Positions 44,301 to 54,849 of a DNA stretch of 64,000 bases are shown here, one piece after another. The notes under the pieces were generated by a model that had not been told where the DNA came from, searched no databases, and saw only the letters and a list, made by a program, of their open reading frames with translations. The translations under genes were made by a program, and so were the position numbers. The stretch's first letter is position 1; the number at the start of each line of letters is the position of its first letter. Source of the stretch: an uncultured virus (IMG/VR IMGVR_UViG_3300014043_000005) (taxonomy: Duplodnaviria > Heunggongvirae > Uroviricota > Caudoviricetes). The stretch is taken from the IMG/VR virus record IMGVR_UViG_3300014043_000005; one strand, given 5' to 3'.

Positions 44301-46074
44301 TGTCAATCACAGCGTTGATTCCGGGAATTGTCGTTCCGACTGTGGCTTTATCAACAGTGATGATAATGACTCCATCATAATGATGGTCATCATGTTTGCA
44401 ATCATTAATATGCTTATTCACATTGGCTTCAACTGTTGATGAATTGAATTCCTTGTTATCATTCCCGGAAATGTTCAATATATCATAATTATCATAACCA
44501 TCCATTGTTTTCAATAATGATTCCAATGCTTTCGCTGATGCCACTGATGGCACTGTAATCATAGTGTATCTGAAATCATCACGATTATTACCGGAATACG
44601 GGAACATTGTATCCGAGCTGGAATCATTCAAACGATGGAACAATGATTTCACTGCTTGTGGATTGTCAAACGCATATTTGCTATTGCCTGCTGCATGCGC
44701 TGCCAACAGTTCATTCATCGGAGTGTTACCATTCTTATTCTCGCTCATGCTGTAATGCATGAATACCATTTCAGGCAGTTCCGCGTATGGATTGAATTTC
44801 GCTTCACCGGACTTGACTTTCTCATCCCATTTCATTGCATCCATGCGTTCATCATAATAATCATAATATGAACTGGATTCATCATCGAACATACCGGCGA
44901 CTCGTAATGGAGTTCCAGTCAGCCATATGAACGCTGAATCAGGAGATGATTTCCTGATTGCATTGAGAACATTATCCGCGAGTTCAGTCCGTGTTCCTTC
45001 ATGTCCTTCATCAATAAGCACACCATCAAACCGCGTTGAACCATCGAATAACCATGCGTTCTTCTGCTTATCAATAACAGGATTACCTTTCTCGTTTGTT
45101 TTCAATGACCCGTCATCATTCATTGTGAATGTTTCACGGGCATCCTGCATACTGATGAACGCAGTGAATTCATTGTAATCATTATGCTTATTCCAGTTAC
45201 CGGTTTTCTCTGAAATGAACTCATGCTTATGATGCTCGGTGTTTTCCATGACAAGATCGCTGTCCTTGTGCCAGCTGTCAATGACATTCGGACGATGAGT
45301 GATAATGAGGATTTTCTTCCAATTGAGGGTTTTCGCAATGTTCATGGATGTGAATGTCTTGCCATACCTCGGAACGGCACCAATAAGATAACCGGGTTTA
45401 TTCGTTTTGAATCCATTGGATACATTATTATGGAACCATTTAACGCATCTGTCATGGATTATAAGCTGGTTTTCACGGAGTTTTCGTTTATCCTTGTATG
45501 AATTCATGTGATTCAATGCGGCGAATTCACTTGCTTTTGAAATTACAGTATCACCGCGTTTCGCCGCTCGGACAGCCAGTTTAATGACAGGTAATGGCGC
45601 ATCCATGAATTCACCGGTTCCATTATTCTTGATTGTGTTGATTTTATGATAACCTGAATTCATGAGAACATTATGCACATCATGATCTGTCAATGGATTA
45701 CCATTGGTATCAATGAGCATGTCCGTGTGAATTACTGTGAACACATCACCCAATTGCAATGTTGTTAACTCGCTGTCTTTATAATAGCGTTTTAATGTCG
45801 CATATTCAAATGCGTTCATTGATTGCATTTTGTTCGTTTGATAATTTTTAAGCAATAAGTTCGGTGCTTGGATAATGCTGGCATTGTCAAATGGATTGCT
45901 TTTGCAGGATTCTATTATTTTATTAATATTCCAACCGGTTCCAGCAAGATCCTTATCAGTGAGTTTAGCCATTCCTATTTTCAGTTCTTTCCTATCCGAA
46001 ACTTCAAGAACATACATGCATTCAATGGAATTATAATGCCGTGATGCGGTATTATTAACGCTATTTGTAATCAT
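41323..46074 (-). CDS. Single-chain restriction-modification enzyme (GIY-YIG-like nuclease + SF2 helicase + Eco57I-type N6-adenine MTase + TRD)
   Basis: YVLE...LKIGMA; Walker A PRYGKT; DEGH; LTGTP; VFTP; FDVAVGNPPY. Confidence 0.8.
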   Translation of the reverse strand: MITNSVNNTASRHYNSIECMYVLEVSDRKELKIGMAKLTDKDLAGTGWNINKIIESCKSNPFDNASIIQAPNLLLKNYQTNKMQSMNAFEYATLKRYYKDSELTTLQLGDVFTVIHTDMLIDTNGNPLTDHDVHNVLMNSGYHKINTIKNNGTGEFMDAPLPVIKLAVRAAKRGDTVISKASEFAALNHMNSYKDKRKLRENQLIIHDRCVKWFHNNVSNGFKTNKPGYLIGAVPRYGKTFTSMNIAKTLNWKKILIITHRPNVIDSWHKDSDLVMENTEHHKHEFISEKTGNWNKHNDYNEFTAFISMQDARETFTMNDDGSLKTNEKGNPVIDKQKNAWLFDGSTRFDGVLIDEGHEGTRTELADNVLNAIRKSSPDSAFIWLTGTPLRVAGMFDDESSSYYDYYDERMDAMKWDEKVKSGEAKFNPYAELPEMVFMHYSMSENKNGNTPMNELLAAHAAGNSKYAFDNPQAVKSLFHRLNDSSSDTMFPYSGNNRDDFRYTMITVPSVASAKALESLLKTMDGYDNYDILNISGNDNKEFNSSTVEANVNKHINDCKHDDHHYDGVIIITVDKATVGTTIPGINAVIDMTDSTDANVCWQRYCRAKTPCHYDKHGWIINDDNESNESHAKTQCFIFDMNPNRQYVVLNGIVNHHNNHCDDDNEHNENKQNIDDTMADAFTVYGSDGDCMKRIESNDLVKSIRNALNENTMRSILGANGISTAFINAVNMNALLSAPTNDAYRELMTAFMNVNERKNRNVNTRTANKHRNTGKTTKQQTNKTANKTVSGGNTGSSTSVMSTDDFNKAMLNILRMIPLIMLASMSTCNAFKDSEPTHADIWNGCDKKIRIAVMNDYNVNTAYDKHMQQAIIKYTDNSIVDSWLQTLWESFKRALDYNAVSVMEFYHTINNALDRFIGSGTQVFTPLNTAFNHLRRTIGVVDINNLTSEFTGNIIKPAGIISINDSNEDNDASVNDNSDSESNESSANIDWLHDSILEIGAKDSRYAMLAIITRIIALFNDDKINGIIECDDFNELPNEQQWCYWHRAVAGETIGRHCEQSDSINDNKTHHGVYVLAANASSAFIARTILNGARIMDANELDEHVSYVNIPSIMRIMLKCDETDVRKLLPYAFTDFKDIHNKLDIMAKSWDSTLRNVVKDNNGQQLISYTMNDGFIIHDYTRIDKNGNVIMDKKTGKPKIAKASDKAVKQSIHDYIASIPVSDDASLFDVAVGNPPYNTKEHNKTENLYQFFYLASREIAHIVDMVFMVGWRTSSGKASGSGGHDIMRADTGIIMVDDYPSNEMFPGAGLPDKVNIVVRDDSYDNNGLIPFYDNGVFIDSKDISSELSYMDDADKQIIKKVDSITGFRPVSDRITGWNPFGIRGYLTTDSTREAYNHIVKTGSGIKSWMRNKDNSDYDFWIIPEGLKDYDNSIKAYVPVFSDKLNIFDSYKVLLPKSGAYRMGRDAGMLLPNEACCDSFIVSAFDTKDTCNNFISYINTNLFMYILNATAFNQDTLKTVYRFIPDLSETVNPRTGKTGYDSDWTDDDLKTVFAGILTDDDWIYIKSHVPDCPPARNIMKPAGR

Positions 46075-46796
46075 ACCGCAATTATATCATATATAATCAT
46101 TAAACCGGAAACAATGAATCGCGCCGTATTCATCCGTATGCATTAGAATATATAATAAGAAGTGAACGAGAATAGCGTGTTATTCCGGTTCGCTCCCATT
46201 GAAGATAATGAATATGTTTTGTAATCATTATCATCAATCAGCGGATTGGCTGAACACGATAATAAGATTCATCATCACTGATAACACAGGCATGTGCTTT
46301 CATAAGTTCAAACATATACTCATCCAGTATGTTATGCATGCTATCCGTATTCAATTGTTTAATGCCAATCAGGATTGAAATCAGCCTCCGCCAAATGATG
46401 CCTTACGATAGTCTGAAATGGCATGATAATGGTTTCAATGAGCGCATTGCATTCATCCTCATGCACTGGACTAATCGTGCGGATAACATTGAACTCATTG
46501 CTGGTATTCTGGCGTGCAAACCAATTACTGCTTGCCAGCGTCAGTTTACGAATGTTGGATTCCCGGTGGGTTCCCGGATTATGATAACGCTGTTCTCATT
46601 GAGGATGGAATCCCATTGCTTATCATTCCGTATGAAACGTTCAAGTTTAACGAGAACGGCGTTGATTTTCATGAGGCCCTCACTAATGTTCATGACATGA
46701 TAACATCTCAGATTGCCGACATTAATTAAAATATAATGAACGCAATGAGAACAATGAATCATCATGCTCTCATTGCGTTCATTATATATTCATTTA

Positions 46797-47024
46797 TTAT
46801 TTAATGAGTGTTTTAATCCTATCCGGTTGATAACCACTCCATGACTCACCATCCGCTTTCACGACAGGCATTTGTTTGAAACCTTCATTAATGGGCTGTT
46901 CACAAATGCTCTCATTATCATCAATGTTAACATCAGTATACACAATGCCGAGCTTATCCATGAGTCGCATGGTCATCCGGCATTGCTGGCAACCATTCTT
47001 ATGATACACGATAACATTATCCAT
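46797..47024 (-). CDS. nrdH: Glutaredoxin-like protein NrdH
   Basis: VY.K.GCQQC, GFKQMPVV and WSGYQPDRIK. Confidence 0.88.
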   Translation of the reverse strand: MDNVIVYHKNGCQQCRMTMRLMDKLGIVYTDVNIDDNESICEQPINEGFKQMPVVKADGESWSGYQPDRIKTLIK

Positions 47025-47192
47025 TATTATTCCTCCTTTAATGCGTTAACATGAAAACATGCGTTAACAATGATATCAATGGATAATGGAAAGGGACGCG
47101 CCGGATAATCAAATGTTGACAATCATATGGTATCATTATATCATATGAGCATAATCAAACACGATTATTGTTTTGAAAGGAAACTTGTTAAA

Positions 47193-47384
47193 ATGGATAC
47201 ACGCAAAATGTATGATGAAATCGTTGATTATTTCATGGCTTGCGGGCAGGATAGCGGTGATTGGAATATTGATGGACTCATTGATGACATTGACAACAAG
47301 TATCCTGATATCAACAGTATTGATGATATTCCGGAGGATGAATTCACCGGCATGCTCATTAAACATGACACAACCGTTGAATAA
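47193..47384 (+). CDS. Small acidic hypothetical protein
   Basis: RBS GAAAGGA with TTGACA promoter upstream. Very Asp-rich. Confidence 0.65.
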   Translation: MDTRKMYDEIVDYFMACGQDSGDWNIDGLIDDIDNKYPDINSIDDIPEDEFTGMLIKHDTTVE

Positions 47385-47655
47385 CCAGTTCAATGAATGC
47401 ATGTGAACAAAAATATAAGGGAACGCGAACAAAATAGCCATTGATGCTTGCGTTCCCTGTTTTATTATTGTTTATAATGTTATCTTATCAATTCATGCCA
47501 ATCGCTTTCACCGATGTCATCATTAACGGTCATGAGTTTCCTATGAAAGAACGCTGAGGGAAAACCGGCGCACTTATCTGATGGCAATAATACATCCAAT
47601 GTATTATCATTCAGTTCAGTTCTGTTTTCAAATCAATCTCAAATCAACCATATTT

Positions 47656-48078
47656 TCACCAGTTCATTCCACCGTCATCTGCATTCATCGCCATCATGCT
47701 GTCAGCATCCATGTATTCACGTGGACGCACACCAGCACCGCTTCTTGCTCCTGAAACCGCTCTCATGAGCAGCCTGCGAACATTCATGCCATCAATCACA
47801 TTCACTAATCGTGCAACACCGCCAGTTGAAACATCATAAGCGTTCACAACAACAGTTGACAGTCCGAACATACGCTGCAATAATGTGCGTTCCACGGTAA
47901 CATCCATAATGCGATACAATGGAATGCTATCTATTTTCTGACGGATGATCCCCTGTTCAATGATCAATTCACTATCTGTGAGAGTGTACACGGTGAATGA
48001 AAATTTCGTCCGGCACCAGTTCCGTTTACGTTGCTTCCAGATTATCTCACCATCAGAATAATCCCTTGTCCCGGCCAT
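47656..48078 (-). CDS. Bacterial PH-domain (bPH_2) protein
   Basis: YTLTD.ELII.QG....D.IPLYRI.DV...RTLLQRMFGL pattern. Confidence 0.8.
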   Translation of the reverse strand: MAGTRDYSDGEIIWKQRKRNWCRTKFSFTVYTLTDSELIIEQGIIRQKIDSIPLYRIMDVTVERTLLQRMFGLSTVVVNAYDVSTGGVARLVNVIDGMNVRRLLMRAVSGARSGAGVRPREYMDADSMMAMNADDGGMNW

Positions 48079-48135
48079 GCTGTTAAACCTTTCATATTAA
48101 TAATCATAATCATAATATCCATATTAATGCCGGTA

Positions 48136-50667
48136 TTATGCGTTCATGCTCTCATTGAATACACGTTTCACGACATCATGCTGGATTCTTGTTTTCATAT
48201 TATTGAATGAACGATAACCATCATTCTGATATTCCACGACAGGTTCACGTTGAGCATAACCACGCAAACCGACGCTGATTTTCAAATAATCCATTTCATA
48301 CAAATGTTCACGCCATTTCCCATCAACCGCTTCCATGAACGCTGAACGCATCATACTATCAAACCTGTCATCGCCTGTTTTCTCATGATATGATTCCAAT
48401 GCGTCCAATGCGCGCGATGTAATGCAATCAGTCATCATGTTCACGGCATTACGAGGTTTAACATCATGAATCATCGCTTTCAATGAATCCACAGTGAGTT
48501 TCACATCGGGAATCATATCAATCACATCATGGATGATTCCAATGTAATCCCATGCATCCAATGGTTTCAATTTGCCTTGTTTCATGCTGTCAGCGGATTG
48601 TTCATGAGCATGATTCATGATAATCCGATGAATGACATCATGAACGCAATCATTGAAATCAGCGTTCACATCAGCACCATGCAATATGAGATTACGTTCC
48701 GCATACACTATCCTTCGTTGCTTATTCAACACATCATCATATTTCAACGTGTCCTTACGCTGCTCATAATTCATGTTCTCACGGTTCTTCTGCGCTGTCC
48801 GCACGCCTTTCGTGATGCGTTTTGACGTGAGCGCATCACCTGTTGGAATCATTGTGTTCATGACAGCCGCCACGGTTCGAGTATTGAACAATCTCATGAG
48901 ATCATCCTCCAATGACACGTAGAAACGGCTTTCACCCGGATCTCCCTGCCGTCCCGCACGCCCACGCAACTGATTATCAATACGGCGAGCCTCATGGCGT
49001 TCAGAACCAATCACATACAATCCACCAAGTTCAATGATTTCATCATGCGCCGCCTTCACTTTTGCCTTCATTGTTTTCAATGCATCCGGGAACGCCGCAT
49101 CATACGCAGCCGGTGTCCCGGATGGTGTCAAACCCTGTTCACGCAGGGTTTCATCAGTCATGTATTCAACATTCCCACCGAGCATGATGTCAGTTCCGCG
49201 TCCAGCCATGTTCGTCGCGACTGTCACCGCTCCCTTGCAACCGGCCATTGCGACAATGCCAGCTTCCTGTTTATTGTTCTTGGCATTGAGTACAGTGTGT
49301 TCAATGCCTGCGACATCCAACAACGCACTGATTTCCTCGCTTGATTCCACGCTTGCGGTTCCAATTAGAACGGGTTGACCGGTTTTATGATGTTCAGCGA
49401 CATCCTCGATTATCGCTTTCAGCTTATCATTCTTATGCAGGTAAATCATGTCATCATGATCCACACGGACACATGGTTTATTCGATGGAATCGGAATCAC
49501 CGGCAGTTTATAAGTGTTCATGAATTCCGCCGCTTCCGTTTCCGCCGTGCCGGTCATGCCAGCGAGTTTATCATACAAACGGAAATAATTCTGCAAGGTT
49601 ACCGTCGCGTAAGTCTGATTTTCAGGTTGGATTTCCACTTTTTCTTTAGCTTCAATCGCCTGATGCAAACCATCATTATACCGGCGACCCGGCAGAATGC
49701 GTCCAGTGTGTTCATCCACTATCAGAACCTCGCCTTTTTTAACCACATAATCCCTGTCCCGTTGGAATAATTCCTTCGCTTTCAATGCATTCATCATGCA
49801 TCCGATGAGTTCAGCGTTCCCGTTCTCATAAGCATTATCCACTCCGATATACTCATTAAGTTTCCGGACACCGGAATCCAGCATGCACACGGTTTTCTTC
49901 TTCTCATCAACAGTGTAATCATCATCACGTTTCAATGTTCGCACGAACGCAGCCATTGGTTTGAACCATTTGCTGTCATCATTCTCAGCCGGGCCGGAAA
50001 TAATCAATGGTGTGCGAGCCTCATCAATGAGAATGGAATCAACCTCATCCACTATCGCGTAATTATGCCCGCGTTGGACAATGCCGTCAATGCTTTCAGT
50101 CATGTTATCACGCAGATAATCAAAACCAAATTCATTATTCGTGCCATAAGTGATATCACAATCATACTGGCGTTTACGTTCCGCAGGGGATTGTTCAGTG
50201 AGAATACAACCAGTTGACAATCCCATGAACCGAAATACGCGCCCCATTTGATCCGCCGCGTATTTCGCAAGATAATCATTCACTGTGATGACATGGACGC
50301 CTTTGCCGGTGAGAGCGTTCAAATAAGCTGGCATGATGGTAACAAGCGTTTTACCTTCCCCTGTTGCCATTTCTGAAATGCAACCCTGATGCAAGGCGAT
50401 TCCACCCATTATCTGAACCGGGAATGGTTTCATGTTCAATATGCGCCATGCCGCTTCCCTGATGGCGGCGAACGCCGGAATCAGAATGGAATCAATGCTG
50501 TCGCCTGCATCCAGTTGGCGTTTGAACATTTCCGTTTTCTCTTTCAGTTCAGCGTCAGTAAGCGCAGTGTAATCGGCATCCAATGCAATAACTTGATTCG
50601 CTTTCGCCTGCAAATCACGTAACCGTTTGCCTTCACCGATTCGCAATGCCTTGTCCATTAAATCCAT
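48136..50667 (-). CDS. secA: Preprotein translocase ATPase SecA (lacks C-terminal tail)
   Basis: EMATGEGKT, DEVDSILIDEARTPLIISG, TNMAGRGTDI and RRIDNQLRGRAGRQGDPG. RBS GAAAGGA before ATG 50667. Confidence 0.97.
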   Translation of the reverse strand: MDLMDKALRIGEGKRLRDLQAKANQVIALDADYTALTDAELKEKTEMFKRQLDAGDSIDSILIPAFAAIREAAWRILNMKPFPVQIMGGIALHQGCISEMATGEGKTLVTIMPAYLNALTGKGVHVITVNDYLAKYAADQMGRVFRFMGLSTGCILTEQSPAERKRQYDCDITYGTNNEFGFDYLRDNMTESIDGIVQRGHNYAIVDEVDSILIDEARTPLIISGPAENDDSKWFKPMAAFVRTLKRDDDYTVDEKKKTVCMLDSGVRKLNEYIGVDNAYENGNAELIGCMMNALKAKELFQRDRDYVVKKGEVLIVDEHTGRILPGRRYNDGLHQAIEAKEKVEIQPENQTYATVTLQNYFRLYDKLAGMTGTAETEAAEFMNTYKLPVIPIPSNKPCVRVDHDDMIYLHKNDKLKAIIEDVAEHHKTGQPVLIGTASVESSEEISALLDVAGIEHTVLNAKNNKQEAGIVAMAGCKGAVTVATNMAGRGTDIMLGGNVEYMTDETLREQGLTPSGTPAAYDAAFPDALKTMKAKVKAAHDEIIELGGLYVIGSERHEARRIDNQLRGRAGRQGDPGESRFYVSLEDDLMRLFNTRTVAAVMNTMIPTGDALTSKRITKGVRTAQKNRENMNYEQRKDTLKYDDVLNKQRRIVYAERNLILHGADVNADFNDCVHDVIHRIIMNHAHEQSADSMKQGKLKPLDAWDYIGIIHDVIDMIPDVKLTVDSLKAMIHDVKPRNAVNMMTDCITSRALDALESYHEKTGDDRFDSMMRSAFMEAVDGKWREHLYEMDYLKISVGLRGYAQREPVVEYQNDGYRSFNNMKTRIQHDVVKRVFNESMNA

Positions 50668-50746
50668 TATCCATAATCCTTTCAAACTTTCATCATGCAT
50701 ATGTTTTCATGCGTTCAATTCCGCTATCAATGATAGCATTGAGCCG

Positions 50747-52117
50747 TCATGCCGCATGCTTCCTGTCCGCTTCCAGCATTGCAGTGAAATCAACATGATT
50801 CGCTTTCTCCGCATGAGGCAGGAAACCTGTATAATGCCATTGTGCGGTGTTCGCTTTAACCTGACGTAAAGTATCCAGACCGACACCGGCGATAATAAGG
50901 ATGGTGGTTCCGCCGAATGGCAGTCGTTCGTTCAATTGCAATGTCATGATGAGAACAGTTGGAATCAACGCGACTGCAAGCAGGTAAACGCTGCCGACCG
51001 TATTCAGTTTATTCATGACATAACCGAGATACGCCGCTGTCTTATGACCGGCTGGCACACCCGGAATGAACGCACTGGATTCATTCAATTGCTCAGCTGT
51101 TTCATGCGTATCCAACGCGATTGACGAATAGAAGAACGTGAACCCGATAATCATGAACGAATACAATGCGATATACCAGATGGAAGTGCTGTTCGACAGG
51201 TTCGATTGAATCCATTGCGCCCAATTGGAATCAGGACTGATGAAAACCAGCATGGATGGAATAGCGAGAATGCTCATTGCGAAAATCGGCGGCATGACAC
51301 TGCTCATGTTGATTTTCAATGGAATGTAACTCATGCTTTCACGGGGCGCACTGTCATCCAGAATGCGTTTCGTGTATTGGATTGGAATGCGACGCTGGCA
51401 AAGCTCCACGAAAACAATGAACATGAGAACGATAATGAGGACGCTGATGACAATGCCGAATTTCAACCAGTCGCCATCCGAACCATTCGAACCATAACCG
51501 ATGTCCCAGAGTCGCGGCAGGAAACCGGAGCAGATGCTCATGAAAATGAGAATGCTCATTCCCTGACCGATTCCCTTATCCGTGATGAGTTCCGCCATCC
51601 ACATGATGAAACCACTGCCTCCAATGAGAACAAGCGTCATTATAATAAGATTGAACACGCTGCCATCCGGTATGACCTGACCGCATTTTCCGGCGAACAA
51701 TGAACCACTGCGTGCAGTGAGGACAATGCCAGCTGATTGAATGACGGCGAGTCCAATCGCAAGATAACGAGTGTACTGGTTCAGTTTGGTTTCACCGGGT
51801 TGTCCTTCCCTGTGGAGTTCCTCAAAATGCGGAATGAGAATTTTCAACAATTGGACGATGATGCTGGCGTTAATATAAGGCATGACACCGAGAGCGAACA
51901 CTGACAGTTGCAGCATCGCGCCACCTGAGAACAGGTTAACGAGCCCGATGAAATCCTCGGAACCGCTGATTTTCGTCATGCATTCATTGATTACACTGTA
52001 ATCAACACCGGGTGCCGGAATGAATGAACCGATACGGTAAATGAGAATGAGTCCAATTGTGAACAGTATCCGGTTCCGTATGTCCGGTGTCCTGAATGCG
52101 TTCATTATCGTTCGCAT
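50747..52117 (-). CDS. secY: Preprotein translocase SecY
   Basis: YRIGSFIP.PG, SVFALGVMPYINASIIVQLL, KGIGQGMS and FGGTTILI. Confidence 0.97.
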   Translation of the reverse strand: MRTIMNAFRTPDIRNRILFTIGLILIYRIGSFIPAPGVDYSVINECMTKISGSEDFIGLVNLFSGGAMLQLSVFALGVMPYINASIIVQLLKILIPHFEELHREGQPGETKLNQYTRYLAIGLAVIQSAGIVLTARSGSLFAGKCGQVIPDGSVFNLIIMTLVLIGGSGFIMWMAELITDKGIGQGMSILIFMSICSGFLPRLWDIGYGSNGSDGDWLKFGIVISVLIIVLMFIVFVELCQRRIPIQYTKRILDDSAPRESMSYIPLKINMSSVMPPIFAMSILAIPSMLVFISPDSNWAQWIQSNLSNSTSIWYIALYSFMIIGFTFFYSSIALDTHETAEQLNESSAFIPGVPAGHKTAAYLGYVMNKLNTVGSVYLLAVALIPTVLIMTLQLNERLPFGGTTILIIAGVGLDTLRQVKANTAQWHYTGFLPHAEKANHVDFTAMLEADRKHAA

Positions 52118-52151
52118 GTTATTAAATTCCTTTCTGCTTAATGCAATGCTG

Positions 52152-52385
52152 TCATTGCATGAGTCCGACCGTGATAATGAGCACGAACCAGATTATCGCT
52201 ATTATCACAGTCCATCGGTTCAGGTTCTTTTCCGCGACGCCGCTTGTTCCGGCGTTCCGCATGAGTCCACCGCCGAACATGTCGGACAGCCCCCCGCCCT
52301 TGCCTTTATGCAACAGGATGAGCAGAGTCAGGAACAGGCTTAGAATTCCAATTATGATTTTCATTATGATGAGCAATGTATTCAT
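52152..52385 (-). CDS. secG: Preprotein translocase SecG
   Basis: ILLHKGKGGGLSDMFGGG...AEKNLNRWT (actinobacterial SecG). Confidence 0.95.
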   Translation of the reverse strand: MNTLLIIMKIIIGILSLFLTLLILLHKGKGGGLSDMFGGGLMRNAGTSGVAEKNLNRWTVIIAIIWFVLIITVGLMQ

Positions 52386-52426
52386 GAGGATTATCCTTTA
52401 TAATATTATGCTGGTTTCCAATAAGT

Positions 52427-52615
52427 TCAGTTTCCGAATATTCTTAAAGTGAGTTCACCGAGCACTCCATCCAAACCGGTCATGGCAAGCATGAGACACA
52501 GGACGAACACAAGAACGGCAATACTCCAACCCAGCCATTCTTTAACGGTTGGTGTGACTGTTTTCCTGAGTTCGGTTATAATACCGGCGATGAACCCGCC
52601 TATTCTTGTAAGCAT
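52427..52615 (-). CDS. secE: Preprotein translocase SecE
   Basis: ELRKTVTPT.KE followed by a single TM helix and D..LG. Confidence 0.9.
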   Translation of the reverse strand: MLTRIGGFIAGIITELRKTVTPTVKEWLGWSIAVLVFVLCLMLAMTGLDGVLGELTLRIFGN

Positions 52616-53398
52616 GATGCCAGTTCCCTTTCATCCCATGTTGACTATTATTGTTTCTTTAATCAATGATATCACCGGGTTGAAACCTGATGGAAAAGGA
52701 CTATTCATACATTGATTATGATGCTGACGGATTTGACACCGGTTCCGCTTAACACGGTTGCATCAATTATCAGTATTCATTCGTTCATTGCATTCATGCG
52801 AACAAAACATAATGGGGATTCAACCAGTATGCTGCGTTCCCGTCAGTGTGATATTATTGACTGGGACGCCTGCGCAGGTTCTTTCCTTTCTCACTGCGCA
52901 GGCGTCACTTCCTCCCTTCCCTTTTAATGACTATTTTCACTTTAAACAACCTCTCTTTAATGAACACATTGTATTCACGTTGAATCATAACATCGGCTTA
53001 TATCCAAATGCCGGACAATAGGATACAGTATGATTAACGGTATTTGAATGTGAACATTGAATACAACATGAATCAGCATCATGCTCTGGAACACGTTTAA
53101 ACGACATTCTAACGCGCTATCATGATAAATATGAACTGAGACTCACAACCATTATGAAAACGCCGCCAGAAAGTCAAATTCGCATTATCATGAAATTGAA
53201 CAACGCAGACGTTGCTGACATGTGTATTTCAAAAATATAATCGCCGCTGTCCGCCACCGGACATAACCATTACCCCTGCCAATCGTTCTCTGCATGAGCA
53301 CACTGCGGGCAAGCATGAGTCTCGGTTCGCTTGGGCAGCGCGTAGTCACGTCAGGGCGGAAAGCAGGGGACGGTAAGGCGGCAGGCGTGCTGGTTACT

Positions 53399-53475
53399 AA
53401 AACTCACACGGGTACTCCCTGCTTGCTTTCAGGTGAACCAGGTCAGAATGAGTTTTCAAACAGTATGATTATCGT
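53399..53475 (+). repeat. Solo copy of the long repeat
   Basis: AAACTCACACGGGTACTCCCTGCTTGCTTTCAGGTGAACCAGGTCAGAATGAGTT. Short core again at ~53606-53621. Confidence 0.9.
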
Positions 53476-53910
53476 TTGATAATGAATACTAAAATGACAT
53501 ATTCGCGCGTTCTCATAATATCTTATTATGATTATGCCTCATATGTATGTTCAATACAATTATGAATGAATGAGATTAATGCGGTGAACGATGCCCACGG
53601 AGTTCCGCTTTCAGGTGAACCGCATTCAAATATATTATTTCTGGCATCACTTGCCATATGAACGGCATGATAATAATAGACTCCCTGTTAGCTTAACAAG
53701 CAGGGAGTCTATTATTGGAGTTGGAGATCATGAATGTATTTTGTTCACATTATGATGAACACATTAATAATATCATGCGAACAGTAGGATGAGCGCGGCG
53801 ATTCCAATGAATATAATAAATAGTTTCAGGATGAATTTGATTGCGCTGAAAACGAAACGGAGCACGAAACCGATTATCAGTGTCGCAAGTATCAGGTCAA
53901 GCATCACGCA

Positions 53911-54849
53911 TCATTCCTTATCATTCATGCTACCATTGTTATCATACTCTATCATATCATTAATCATGGACATTATGAATTCAATCATGCTATTGCATGC
54001 TGGACTCCAATCATGCTTTTCCAACAAGTCCTGCGCTTTAATGATTTGCTGACTTATGTTTTCATTGTTCTCATTATGCGCGCATGATAGGAACCAGTTG
54101 ATTTCATCATGATTATCAGTGATGAGCATGGTTGCCATCATGCTGGTTATTGTGCGGATCCAATCCTCACCGTGTGCTTTCACTGTTTCCATGTCCATAT
54201 CATTTTTGATTATCCATTCCGCGTAATAATCCTGTGCTTGTTTGAACGCATTGGAGCCAATGATTCCACGGACATGCCGTTCGGTTTCCGGTTTCACAGT
54301 GTCAAGGAAACCATGTTTGCGGATGAATGCAATGGATTCATCAGAATACGGATCGTTAATCATGAGCAGTCTCATGCAATCATTAATGCTCATTGTCCGC
54401 ATGCATCCACTGTTGCAGATGGCAGTGAAAACATTCTCATTATGAGCGATTGCAATTAGTTTAATCATTGAAATGCATTCATCATGTTTCCATTGTGCGT
54501 TCATGAGCTTGCGTCGGATGGCAAGAGTTGCATCATAATCCGGTGTGACACCATGTTGTTTCAAGGATTCCAATATTGTTTTATCATCCAATGCTATCAT
54601 GTCATGCGTGTGCGCGTGTGCGTTCATGAGTTCAATGATGCCATCAGTGTTCATGTTCCCGCCATCATGCCATGATTCCCATAGGCATCGTGCTTTCCAC
54701 AGGTGATGTTCATCCAATGTGAACATTGTTATCAGGATTGATTGCAATAGTTCATCCAGTTCCGGATAATTCTCATGAGCCATTCTATTGATTGTACTCA
54801 TGTTGATGGTTTCAGCGCTGGTTTCATCATTCTCACTATTATCAGTCAT
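53911..54849 (-). CDS. Hypothetical protein
   Basis: 312-aa ORF with backbone-like composition. Confidence 0.6.
   Translation of the reverse strand: MTDNSENDETSAETINMSTINRMAHENYPELDELLQSILITMFTLDEHHLWKARCLWESWHDGGNMNTDGIIELMNAHAHTHDMIALDDKTILESLKQHGVTPDYDATLAIRRKLMNAQWKHDECISMIKLIAIAHNENVFTAICNSGCMRTMSINDCMRLLMINDPYSDESIAFIRKHGFLDTVKPETERHVRGIIGSNAFKQAQDYYAEWIIKNDMDMETVKAHGEDWIRTITSMMATMLITDNHDEINWFLSCAHNENNENISQQIIKAQDLLEKHDWSPACNSMIEFIMSMINDMIEYDNNGSMNDKE

Noticed and set aside
21851..51703. Numerous 60-170-aa ORFs antisense to or nested in large genes
   Set aside because: Shadow ORFs favoured by the ATG/CAT-rich composition, with no RBS or motif support.
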